Assembly (NCBI RefSeq): GCF_000143415.4
Contig: NW_003314288.1
Span: 1,736,056 to 1,800,055, forward strand
Direction: 5' to 3'
From: Selaginella moellendorffii
Taxonomy: Eukaryota; Plantae; Lycopodiophyta
Length of the DNA: 64,000 nucleotides
Below the pieces are notes generated by a model. It had not been told where the DNA came from and searched no databases. It was given only the letters and a program-made list of their open reading frames with translations. This document shows, in pieces, positions 13,151 to 23,607 of the stretch (position 1 is its first letter; each line of letters opens with the position of its first letter). The position numbers were made by a program, and so were the translations under genes.

Positions 13151-14944
13151 ATGATCTCGGCTGCGATCTTTGCCGAGCAGCTCAGATCCTGTGCCAAGCT
13201 CGAGGATCTCGTCCGAGGGAAGCAGATCCACAGTTCTATCCGTCAATCCTACCTCCGCAACGACAGATTCCTTGCAAATTTGCTCATAGACATGTATGGC
13301 AAATGCGGGTGCCTGGATTCCGCTGTAAGCGTCTTCCAAGCCATTTCCAATCCAAATGTCTTCTCGTGGAATATCATAATCGCTGCCTGCTCTCACAACT
13401 CGGATCTTGAACTAGGTACATTATATTTCATGAAAATGAGCCAACGAGATGCTTTGTCCTGGACAACACTTGTTTCTGCATATGCCCATAGAGGGCAATT
13501 GCTACTAGCACAGAAAATATTTTCTGCCATGCCGATGTGGGACGCTGTGTCGTGGAACTCACTGATGTGGGGACTCGCGGAGGATGGTCAAATTGAAGAG
13601 GCGTGGAAGATGATCCATGCAATGCCAGTACCAGACATAGTATCATGGACCGTGATCATCCAAGCACTCGCTGATGCCGGCGACGTTCCAAGAGCTCGAG
13701 AAATATTCGATGCGATGATCCAGAGAAATGGAGTCACTTGGCAATTGCTCGTCAGCGGGTATGCCCAGCTCGGGCATACGAACGATGCAAAGTTCCTGTT
13801 TGGTCGAATGCCACAGCACAGCCTCGTGTCGTGGAACTCAATGCTTGCTTGTTATTCGCAATCCGGGAATCTCGGGGAGTCAAAGAAAACGTTTGATGGA
13901 ATGAGAATAAAGGACGTGGCATCTTGGACTAGCATCATGACAGCATATGCCCGTTGTGGGCATCTTGCAGATGCCGAGAGAATTTTCACCGAGATGCCAA
14001 AGAAGGACGTGGTTGCATGGAACGCTCTCGCGGTGGCCTACAACGACATGGAAATGTTTGAGAGGTGCGACGAATGTTACAAGAAGATGCCGCATTGGAA
14101 TTTGGTGTCTCTCAATGGGTATCTCCACATGATATGCATTGAAAATGCCAAACAAGCCAAGGAGTTCTTCGATTCTATGCCAAGGAAGAACTCAATCTCC
14201 TGGAACAACATCCTGGCAGCCAGCCTCCGCCATCACAAACTCACAGACACGAAGGCGGTGTTTGATCGATCGCCAAAACACACTCCAGTGGCCTTAAGCA
14301 CGATGCTCCAAGCGCTTGTCCTGGAAGGTGATCACAGCTCCTTCGACCAAGCAGAGCTTCTCTATCGCGAAATCCCGAACAAGGAACAGGACCTCTTTGC
14401 GTCGAGCCTCATGATCGCGGGGTACGCCCAGCGTGGAGAGCTAGATAAATCCAGGAGAGTGTTCGATTCCATGGAAGCGTGGGACTTTGTGTCGTGGACG
14501 GCGATCATCCAGGCCCACGCTCACAATGCCCAGATCGATCCGGCGCTAGAGCTCCTGCGACTGATGTGCCTAGATGGCTCCAGCAGCCCAAATGAGGTGA
14601 CCCTCCTCGCCATCCTCAATGGCTTCGCCCATTGCGGCTTGGCGGAGGAATGCTGCGCTTTCTTCCTCTCAATCGAGCCCGACTTTGGAATCCATCCCAC
14701 ACTGGACCACTACTGCTGCGTGGCTGACCTGCTCGGCCGCGCCCGGCGGTTGGACGAGGCCGAGGAGCTCGTCGCCACCATGCCCTTCCTCCCAGACGCC
14801 ATCGCGTGGGCAACGCTGCTGGGAGCCTGCCGGATCCACGGGGATGCCGCCCGGGGAGCCAGGATCTATGGCCGGGTCATGGACCTGGATCCCACTCACG
14901 CGCCATCGCTGCTGCTCGCCTCGCGCATTGCGGCCGACGAGTGA
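13151..14944 (+). CDS. PLS-class PPR protein, E-type (PPR-D); intronless
   Basis: MISAAIFAEQLRSC start, PPR motifs, HYCCVADLLGRA, MPFLPDAIAWATLLGAC. Confidence 0.92.
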   Translation: MISAAIFAEQLRSCAKLEDLVRGKQIHSSIRQSYLRNDRFLANLLIDMYGKCGCLDSAVSVFQAISNPNVFSWNIIIAACSHNSDLELGTLYFMKMSQRDALSWTTLVSAYAHRGQLLLAQKIFSAMPMWDAVSWNSLMWGLAEDGQIEEAWKMIHAMPVPDIVSWTVIIQALADAGDVPRAREIFDAMIQRNGVTWQLLVSGYAQLGHTNDAKFLFGRMPQHSLVSWNSMLACYSQSGNLGESKKTFDGMRIKDVASWTSIMTAYARCGHLADAERIFTEMPKKDVVAWNALAVAYNDMEMFERCDECYKKMPHWNLVSLNGYLHMICIENAKQAKEFFDSMPRKNSISWNNILAASLRHHKLTDTKAVFDRSPKHTPVALSTMLQALVLEGDHSSFDQAELLYREIPNKEQDLFASSLMIAGYAQRGELDKSRRVFDSMEAWDFVSWTAIIQAHAHNAQIDPALELLRLMCLDGSSSPNEVTLLAILNGFAHCGLAEECCAFFLSIEPDFGIHPTLDHYCCVADLLGRARRLDEAEELVATMPFLPDAIAWATLLGACRIHGDAARGARIYGRVMDLDPTHAPSLLLASRIAADE

Positions 14945-15009
14945 TCGCGAGCATACGCGCATTTCATGTTTTAGTCGAAAGTGTAATTATATTAAATAAG
15001 TGGCACTAA

Positions 15010-17580
15010 CCAAAAAGAAGAATTTCTAACTTACTATTAGAATCCCTCACCAGAGGCAGATTATGTCCAATTCAATGAGCGGAGCCTTGTTCTTTTCAGG
15101 AATGTGTCTCCCAAGGGCTTTGAAAGCAGTGCTGAAGCTGTAGATCATACCCCGATCTTCATGCTGGATAATGTTGGAGGCACAGTGAGTGAACGGATAT
15201 GCGATGGTGTAAGATCGTTTTGAGGGACCGCGAGCCTGGAGAGCAGCAATGTTGATATTGCTCGCCACCTGGTTGCAGAGCAAGGTGGAACACTGTGGGA
15301 GGTATGACTTGACAATGGTGTGTGAGAGGGGGGATTCTAGCGTTCCAGTTGATGGCCAAGGATATGCCCACCCCCAAATGTATGGTAAAATGTTTAAAAT
15401 ATTAGATATATATTAGATAAATATGTTAGATAATGCATTCCCTGGATGATGAGCTTGCTCCTACTTGCTTCGCTATCAACAATAGTATGTGAATTGATTT
15501 TTATTATGTCCAAAAAATTACGTTCCAAAACAAATTGGGCTTCCAAGTTGAGGTTCATTGTTATCTTTGATATTACAAGAAACCTATAAATCATCCTTCA
15601 TCTACTGACTAGCACTTGAAATTACACCTTTTGAAGGATGATAAATTAAGTGTCTTAATGGTCATCAAACTCAACCATGAATCAAATTTTAGTATTTTCT
15701 TAATAAATATAACAATTATTTGTAAGTTAATCTTCTAGAGCTAAATTAACAATTCTAACAGTTTGGCAGGATTCTAAGCCGGTCACATTGCCAATTTGTC
15801 TGATTAATTGGCTGAAAATGACAGTTGCTAAGACTCTTAGAACCAAAATCCTTTTTAGGATCACCATGATGCCAAACCTTTACCTGGTATGATCAGTAAT
15901 GGTGCTTCAATACCACTGATATCCACCCAAATCCTACCTTCTGTATTTCTCCCTCCTTTTATACCTTGACATACCTTGCTCACCAAGCCTAAACCATCCA
16001 AGCCAAAACTATCCACCATCCAAACATGTAGAGTCCCATATAACATCATAAATGGAACCCCAAAAGTTCATTCCCATCATTATATTCCAAGCGCTTGTTT
16101 TCAGATACCTGGAGTAGCAAACAATGAAACTTTCGTTGTCAAGCCTCAGTTACTTGCATTTCTCCTCACCTCATTGTAATAGAGTCTTGAATTGCATTTG
16201 TGGAACCATTGAATGCAAGATTTAATAGGTATAGCCCATATCCAAGGGGAGCACACGCTACTTTACTTCCTTTTACACTACCCTGCATAAAAAGAAGAAA
16301 AATATCAAAAATCAAAAAATCACACAACCTTGAATAATGCAAAAATGGAAACACCTCCAACAATGAGAAAGGTGCAAAGGTATTCAAGACACTACAAAAT
16401 TGTCCTCATGAGCATCACTGGATTCAAAAGAGAAAAAAGGGAGCACACATAAATACCAGCCAGCTTTTCAGATTCATTACATATACTTGCAATTGTTTTT
16501 GATGATTTTGTCAAAACCTGGAAACAAAACTCTCAACTATAAACTTTAAAGAACAAGTGAGAAAAGCAAGTGAAATCTAAAAGCTCATCTAGGATAGCTG
16601 TTTTAAAGCCTAGATTCCACAAGCGAGATCAATAGAATTTATAATGTTGGCACTCCAATAGGCCCATATTGGAGCTTGGGAGGTTCTCTTAAGGATAAGC
16701 ATTGAAAAAAAAGAGTAGCAGTGTGAGCTCTTCCACTGCAACAAGACATTATTGACACTAAAGCCTCCATTTTGGAAATGGAAAATATTAATTTGAGAAA
16801 TGTTGACAATACTAATATGTATGATTAACTTTATCACAGGTATATTATGGCCATAATTATGTCCTTGCCCTTGTTCTTAAAAATAGGTAATAATAGCATC
16901 AATCTCTCCTTATTCTTAAATATATAGTATCAATTTTTATTAAAACAAGAGTATCTCTTATAGAAAGTGGAACTTGCAACTATGAGTGGAAAAAGTGATA
17001 TTTTATAATGTTATGTCTATCGAAGAATATTATTAAAGGTGGCTAGAACAAGTGCATGCAGAAGTCCCACAAAGTTATGATAGAATCCTAGCTATAATAT
17101 ACTTAACTTGGTCTGCTTTGATAAATTTGGCTTTGTATGAAATAAAAAGCTTAACATCAAATTGCATAATTAATTTAAATAACTTTTTGATGAAGACAAT
17201 GTAATTACTAGAAAATATTGTTACAATTATAACATATCCAAATACATGTTTGAAAATGTCCATGAGTGGCTATGCTCAAACCACCCACTCCCTTTGGAAT
17301 AATGTGGGAAACTCATGTAAACACCATGTATCATACTCAAAATGGTAGGTGGCAATTATTGTAAAGTGATTGAACTAACATCTTTAGTAAAATCAAAGGA
17401 GAAAGTTATTGCAAAGGAATATGAAATTTAATTCCTTTATTAAAGTGCTCAGTTTATATATAGGAATAAGTTGTTTAAATTGAAATCAATTCGATAAATA
17501 ATAATATATAATATCATTAATATCAAATATCAAATCAAAATACAAAAAAAAATCGCTTTCCTGAAAACTTAATCCACCTT
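15010..17580. other. AT-rich, CpG-poor gene-free island; possibly a decayed transposable element
   Basis: Sharp compositional shift, few CG dinucleotides and only short ORFs; no convincing TIR, LTR or transposase motif seen. Confidence 0.35.
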
Positions 17581-17984
17581 ACATAACTTCTCCTAGAATG
17601 TGAAGTTTAGGTCACAAAAAGCAAGGGCATATTCACTGAATACTTCAAAGCTTTCAGGGAAATCGAGCTTTGTCTGTCGCATGCTTTCAATATGCTCTTT
17701 CCGCAAGCTTCAAGACGCTCGTAGACGCTTAGATTTTCTGACGAATAGAGACGAAGAAATCCACTCCACACTCCCCAGCACTTTCAAATGCATTTTCCCT
17801 GTGGTAGGAAGTTCACCCTCGTCACTAAGCAATCGATCCGACTCGCGAGAAAAATTTACCACCATTCTTACCAAAATATTTTCCAACACAAATAAGCAAA
17901 CAAAACCACAAAGACTGGCATTGATCCGAGAACAAATCCCAGACTCGCGATCTCTCCCTCTCGATCGATCCATCATCTCATAGA

Positions 17985-18473
17985 TCAGCGCTTGCCGCCA
18001 CCGCCGCCGAGCTTGGGCCCCTTGGAGACAGGCCCCCGCTGGATGGGGGCTTTCACCTTGGTGGCCTTAGACAGCACTTCGGCCTTCTTCGCCTTCTTCT
18101 CGTCCTTGGTCTTCTTGATTCTCTCCTTGATCTCCTTGAGCGCCGCCTGGCGTGCCGCTTCTCTCACCTCCGTCTTCTCGGCCCTCTTCTTCTGGATCAC
18201 CTCCAGCGACGCGCCGACGATGGAGCGCGAGTAGGGCTTGGTGTTGGCCCGGCGCTTCCTCTTCACCGCCTCGGCCTGGGCGTCCTTCTTGTTGGCCTTG
18301 CGGTAGAGCTGCGTCCAGGTGAGCTTCACGGGCTTGAGCCGGTTGTGGAAGTAGCGCTTGCACTTCGAGTTCACGAAGAGGAACACCTGCGAATCAGCTC
18401 GCACGAAGCGAATGCCGCGACCCGGGTAGATCTTGGCACCGCTGAAGCGGCATACCTCCGTCTTGAGCACCAT
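17985..18473 (-). CDS. RPL24: 60S ribosomal protein L24 (eL24); intronless CDS
   Basis: [33 protein letters not shown]...[18 protein letters not shown]...GGGGGKR. Confidence 0.97.
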   Translation of the reverse strand: MVLKTEVCRFSGAKIYPGRGIRFVRADSQVFLFVNSKCKRYFHNRLKPVKLTWTQLYRKANKKDAQAEAVKRKRRANTKPYSRSIVGASLEVIQKKRAEKTEVREAARQAALKEIKERIKKTKDEKKAKKAEVLSKATKVKAPIQRGPVSKGPKLGGGGGKR

Positions 18474-18509
18474 CGCCGCCCTCCTCTCTCCCCTTCGGCC
18501 GGCTGCGCA

Positions 18510-18640
18510 AGAACCCTAGAAGGAAACCCTAAACCTAACTTTTTTGGCCTGCTTACCCACCGGGTTCGATTCCTGTCAACACCTCTAAACCCTGAACCCC
18601 GTGCTCAGGGCTTTAGTGGATAAACCACATGGGCCATGAC
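18510..18640. promoter_or_regulatory. Telo-box and site-II-like elements in the RPL24/POR divergent promoter
   Basis: aaaccctaa at about 18524 and tgggcc at about 18630; this combination is typical of plant ribosomal protein promoters. Confidence 0.55.
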
Positions 18641-18763
18641 ACGTGGCGGGCATCGAATGGCCCCGCTCAGAGATTTTTGCGGATAAGAATATTTGAGATT
18701 TTATAACCTAGGGGACGGGACAGAGGACGAGAGAGATCTTTTGTTCTTGCGGAGGAGCTGGCT

Positions 18764-20190
18764 ATGGCGGCAGTGGCGTCGTCCTCGGCCACTCTCGGCC
18801 TCGCCGCCAACAAAGAGGTACATTTGCAGCATCCCGCATTGGGGATGTAATTCCGCTCGGGAATCACAAATGTGTGTCTGGATTTCAGGTTCTCGCCACA
18901 TCCGCGAGCAATGCCGGCGCTTCTTCGTTCCTCGGCGCCAAAGTGCGCTGGAATCCGACAATTCAGGTAGAAATCTCGTGTTCTTGTCGAGAATTCACCG
19001 AATTCTGTGCGATTTCTCCAGGGTCTCCACGCTGCGAGGCAAATCAGCGCTCCTTCCACGGGCATCAGAGCTGTGGCTGCGCCGGTAGAGACAGCCCGGC
19101 CAAAGGAGGCGAAGAAGACGGCCAGGCAATCCACGGTGATAATTACGGGGGCTTCTTCCGGGCTGGGCCTCGCCACCGCCAAGGTTCTAGCCGAGACTGG
19201 CGAGTGGCACGTCGTCATGGCGTGCCGGGACTTTCTAAAGGCCGAGAAGGCCGCGCGCTCGGCCGGGATTCCAAAGGGGAACTACACTGTCATGCATCTC
19301 GACCTCGCCTCGCTCGACAGTGTCAAGCAGTTTGTGGAGAGCTTCCGGCGCTCCGGAAGGCCGCTGGATTGCCTGGTTTGCAATGCGGCGGTCTACTTCC
19401 CGACTGCCAAGGAGCCGACTTACAGCGCCGAGGGATTCGAGCTGAGCGTGGCGACGAATCACTTGGGCCACTACCTGCTGTCCCGGATGCTGCTGGAGGA
19501 CATGGAGAAGTCGGATCATGCCTCTCGACGGATGATCATCGTCGGCTCCATCACAGGTAAGAAGACGAAGAATCTCGCGAAGATGGATCGAGTGACGAGA
19601 GTTTTTCTTGAGTAGGGAACACCAACACGCTGGCTGGCAACGTTCCTCCAAAAGCCAACCTTGGAGACCTCCGGGGCCTCGCGGCTGGGCTAAACGGAGT
19701 CCAGTCCTCCCCCATGATCGACGGCGAAGGCTTCGACGGTGCCAAGGCGTACAAGGACAGCAAGGTGTGTAATATGCTCACAATGCAAGAGCTCCATCGC
19801 AGATACCACGAAGACACTGGCATCGTCTTCGCGTCGCTCTATCCCGGCTGCATTGCCACGACCGGGCTGTTTCGAGAGCACATCTCGCTCTTCAGGCTCT
19901 TGTTCCCGCCGTTCCAGAAGTACATCACCAAAGGGTTCGTGTCCGAGGAGGAATCCGGCAAGAGATTAGCTCAGGTACTGCGAAAAACCATTCCTTTTTC
20001 TTTCTCGATCTTAGAGCTTTCTCTCTGCTACCAGGTTGTGAGAGATCCGTGCCTTCAGAAGTCCGGAGTCTACTGGAGCTGGAACAACACCTCTCAATCG
20101 TTCGAGAACACGCTGTCCGAGGAAGCCAGTGATCCCGAGAAGGCCAAGAAGCTGTGGGAGATCAGCGAGAAACTAGTTGGACTGAGCTAG
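18764..20190 (+). CDS. POR: Light-dependent protochlorophyllide oxidoreductase, chloroplast; spliced
   Basis: [77 protein letters not shown]. Confidence 0.97.
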
Positions 20191-20356
20191 CGAGAGATGA
20201 GACACACACGAACAGTGCAAGGAAAAATCACGCGCTAACTATCTAGAGAATATTTTGCCGAATGTTCCTGGTTTGAAATATTAGTGGTCAACTAGTCAAC
20301 GAAAAAGTTTTTATCCGCCAATTATACAGATCGAAGAGATCTTACAAGGTCAACGC

Positions 20357-21679
20357 TCAGTCCCAATCCTCTTGGGTTTCATCCTCTTGCTCGTCAGATC
20401 CTCCCGGAGGTGACAATGCCAGAAGAACTTCGCCGAGAACTTCCAGGCCTTCGTGAAGATCCTTACCACTTTCCAGCGACAATCCTCCTCCTCCAGACGC
20501 TACTAAGTAGATCGATCCGGCTTTGATCTCGGACACGGTCCCCTTGTCCACGAGAAGCAGCAGCTCCTCGCTTGGATCATCGCTCTTCTTTCTCTGGAGC
20601 CGGAGTTCTCGAGCGTCCGGGAACAAGATGGTGATCGGGGACACCGCTGCTAGAACCGGCTTCCAGCCCGGGAGTGGCACCCAGCCCCGCCACGCCGTGC
20701 TCGACCTGTGAATTCTAAACGCTCCCTCGCCGAGAGCCCCGCCGGAAGGAGCCGCTTTGATCGAGCTCGCGTCCGGGTCCGCCACCGGGAGCATCACCAG
20801 CCCCGCGGTCTCTCCATACTCGAGCCTCACCACGCTCACCATCTTGGCCGGCTTCTCCTCCTTGCCTGCGAGTGCTTGTTTCTCCACGGGATCTTTCTCA
20901 CCCAGCGAGCTCGACAGCAAACTCCTGGCGCTTTTCGAGGTGGCGAACTCGAGAGCTTTCCTCAGCGCGTCCTCTCGCTCGCCATCCTTGAGCTCCTTGC
21001 TCTGGCGGTACCACCAGAAGGCCAGGCAGTCACCCGGATCCGATGAGAAGAACTCCCTCCCAAACTCACGCTTCCTCCGCTCGAAATCCTTGAGCGCCCT
21101 CGCCACGTCCCTGGCGGCCTTGGAGTCGCCCATGGCCCTCTCGATCACGTACTCCGCCGCCACGCGCCGCTGGGGCGCGGACAAGATCCGGAGCTCGTAG
21201 AGAATGGCCGCGCCGCCGACATCGAAATCGAAGAACTCTAGCGATTTCGCGTCCATCCCAGTGGAGATGAGAGTGTCCCTCACCTGGCACGCCACCACAA
21301 TCTGGTTTTGCTCCACGCCCGTGAGCCCCGTCGCCTCGTCCAGTGACGCCGGCGTGTAGCCGGAGCGCATCAGTCCGGGGATGTGCTTGCCATAGTCGTG
21401 CCACTGTCCCCGCCGCTCCCGGACGATCTCTAGCTGCTGCTCGGGTGACACCACCGATTCCAGCACGCCCGGCGGTGGGCGGAAGGGCTGATAGAAGGCG
21501 TCGCGCCCCCCTGGAGTGTTGCTGAGCAGCAATCTATCCCGCAGGCTGCTGCCACACGCGAATCGGGCGCCTCGCCTGATGCTTGGAGCTGCCGAGTGGA
21601 TATTGGCGACGGGGGAGACGGGAATCCGGAAGGAGCAGCAGCCCAGGGCGTGAATCTCCATGCCCGCATTGCCCGCCAT
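20357..21679 (-). CDS. RAF1: Rubisco accumulation factor 1; intronless
   Basis: Transit peptide, YQPFRPPP, RRGQWHDY..IPGL..SGYTP..LDEATGLTGVEQNQIVVA.QVRD.L, LYELRILS, acidic C-terminus ending EDWD. Confidence 0.9.
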   Translation of the reverse strand: MAGNAGMEIHALGCCSFRIPVSPVANIHSAAPSIRRGARFACGSSLRDRLLLSNTPGGRDAFYQPFRPPPGVLESVVSPEQQLEIVRERRGQWHDYGKHIPGLMRSGYTPASLDEATGLTGVEQNQIVVACQVRDTLISTGMDAKSLEFFDFDVGGAAILYELRILSAPQRRVAAEYVIERAMGDSKAARDVARALKDFERRKREFGREFFSSDPGDCLAFWWYRQSKELKDGEREDALRKALEFATSKSARSLLSSSLGEKDPVEKQALAGKEEKPAKMVSVVRLEYGETAGLVMLPVADPDASSIKAAPSGGALGEGAFRIHRSSTAWRGWVPLPGWKPVLAAVSPITILFPDARELRLQRKKSDDPSEELLLLVDKGTVSEIKAGSIYLVASGGGGLSLESGKDLHEGLEVLGEVLLALSPPGGSDEQEDETQEDWD

Positions 21680-21750
21680 GGCGTGACGCCAAAGAACCCT
21701 AAAGCTAAAACTATTTAAAGCTTTCAAGTGTAACCCTTTTTAGGGCAAGG

Positions 21751-22955
21751 ATGTTAGAACCAAAGTTCTCGTGGTGGGAGGATTGCGTCCCAGAGACCGC
21801 CAAGGCCAAGGAGCTCGTCAAGAAAGTTGGCCAGCTCAGCAGGACGTTCCTGTGCGCCGGCAGCGGTACGCTGCCTCTTCCCAAGGGTGGCCTTTCGATC
21901 TGGTTTCTCAAGGTATGTCCTTCTTGCTTTTGGAGTCGATTGTTCCTCTTCCTTCGCAGGCAGATGGCTCTCCGACGTTGCTGGCTTTCGATGGATCGAC
22001 GAGTCCCTCCCCCGCGGCCGTGGAGGGAATCAAAGCCGCAAAGCCTCCGCTTGCCTGCGATCTGGACGTGCATCAACTCGGCAACCTCGCTGCCTCGCTC
22101 GTCCAGGACTACAGCGTCAAAGCCGAGCTCCACAAGCTCTGCCTCCGGGAGACCAAGGACAAGTTTGAGCTTGTCCGCGGTGGCGAAGCCAACTCCTCCA
22201 TGGGAACTCTAGTGCTGGTTCTTCCGCTGCCACACACCGGCGGCGACGTGCTCGTCCACCCGGCATCTGGAAAATCTGGCGAGCTCAAGTTCCCCGTGAC
22301 ATCAAGTGGAGCATCAGAGCTTACCTGGGTGGCGTGCCTCCGGCCGCACAGTGTCGACGTGGGCGAGATCGAGTCCGGGCAGCAGCTCGCGCTCTGGTAC
22401 AACCTCTGCGCGACGGGGAAACGCAAGCGTGATGATCCCAAGAGGCTGCTTGGTGATCCAAAGTCTTCGCCTCTCTACTGGGTCCTCCGGGAGATTTACG
22501 AGGACGACGAGTTTTGCCCCGTCGCTGGCTGCATCCTGGGAATCCCTGGGACCGGAGATAAGCAGTGGGACGATATGATCGTGGAGATGGCGAAGGCGGC
22601 AGGCATGGGTGCGAAGAAGGTGGTGGTGTTTAGCCGGTCTGCTGGTGACACTAGCATTAGTCTTTGCAGCGAGACTGGTGTGGGATTGAAGAGTGCTAAA
22701 GCGGTGGTGTGGTGCCGGGGCGTGGGTTCGTTTCATTGGGAGAGCGATATGGGAGCGATGTATGGCGATCAGTATGATTCTGTCAAGGCTGACGCGGTGA
22801 TGGTGGTGGTGCCTTGCCTGGACAGGAGGCGGGCAAACCCGGGTGATGACGATGGTCCGCTTGTGGACTATCAGATCATCTTGGAGGCATCTGATGATGG
22901 AGAAGACGAAGAGTGCCCTTTTTTCTTTTGGGACGAAGAGAAAGAGGAGGAGTGA
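21751..22955 (+). CDS. Fe(II)/2OG-dioxygenase-like protein of fungal-type pattern, metal ligands apparently absent; copy 1 (intron 21913-21959)
   Basis: Exon 1 (54 codons) splices in frame to the 21771 ORF; motifs VKAELHKL, GTLVLVLP.PHTGGDVLV, WVAC...SGQQLALWYNL. Confidence 0.7.
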
Positions 22956-23343
22956 CGAAGAGGAAGTGAATTGCAACGGAAGAAGTTTAAAGGAGAGGGA
23001 GACAAACCTTTGAAATCTTTGCAGCAAAATATCAAATGAGCTTTTATTTCCACCTTGCAAATCCTCAACAGTACCCAGCTCTATACTGATAATTCTCTGC
23101 GTTTCTTCGTATTAGAACAAAACGGGTAGAGACAACTGAAGAGAACAAGAGCTCGATTTTCTTTCTCGTTCTCGTTCGTTCCTGTAGAGTCGACTTTTAG
23201 TGTCTTTTCATGTTGATCGGTGAAGCTTCTTATCATCGCTGTCAGCAGCACAAACATTTCTCATCGATGCGGCTGTGACACAAGAAAAAAGAGCTGGAGA
23301 GAACTAAAGAAAACGCGAACCTGATAACATGAAGCTCTGTCGA

Positions 23344-23540
23344 ACCGTTGTTTTCTTGTGATCACAGTGATCACGTTGCTTTCCAATGTGTTTTTGGACC
23401 GTTGTTTTCATGTAGTTTGCACAGTCGTTGCCCTTCACTCCTTGGACCCTTGACCTACACTTGATTTGTTTCTAAAGTTGAACTGGTGTTCGTTCTTGTA
23501 GCATTCTCTTTTAAGACCGTTGTTCTTAAAAACCGTTGTT
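23344..23540. promoter_or_regulatory. Four exact ACCGTTGTT (reverse AACAACGGT) MYB/MSA-like elements
   Basis: Copies at 23344, 23398, 23516 and 23532, upstream of ATG 23608. Confidence 0.55.
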
Positions 23541-23607
23541 CCATAGCTCCATGATCCCTAAATCCAAATAAGAGCATAAATAACAACACCTAGGGCCAAA
23601 GTTGGCA

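Noticed and set aside
16600-17340. Helitron Rep motifs
   Set aside because: Similarity is too weak and interrupted by stops to support a call
23113-23185. Purine/pyrimidine-rich foldback as a miRNA precursor
   Set aside because: Low-complexity pairing with many mismatches and no recognised mature miRNA
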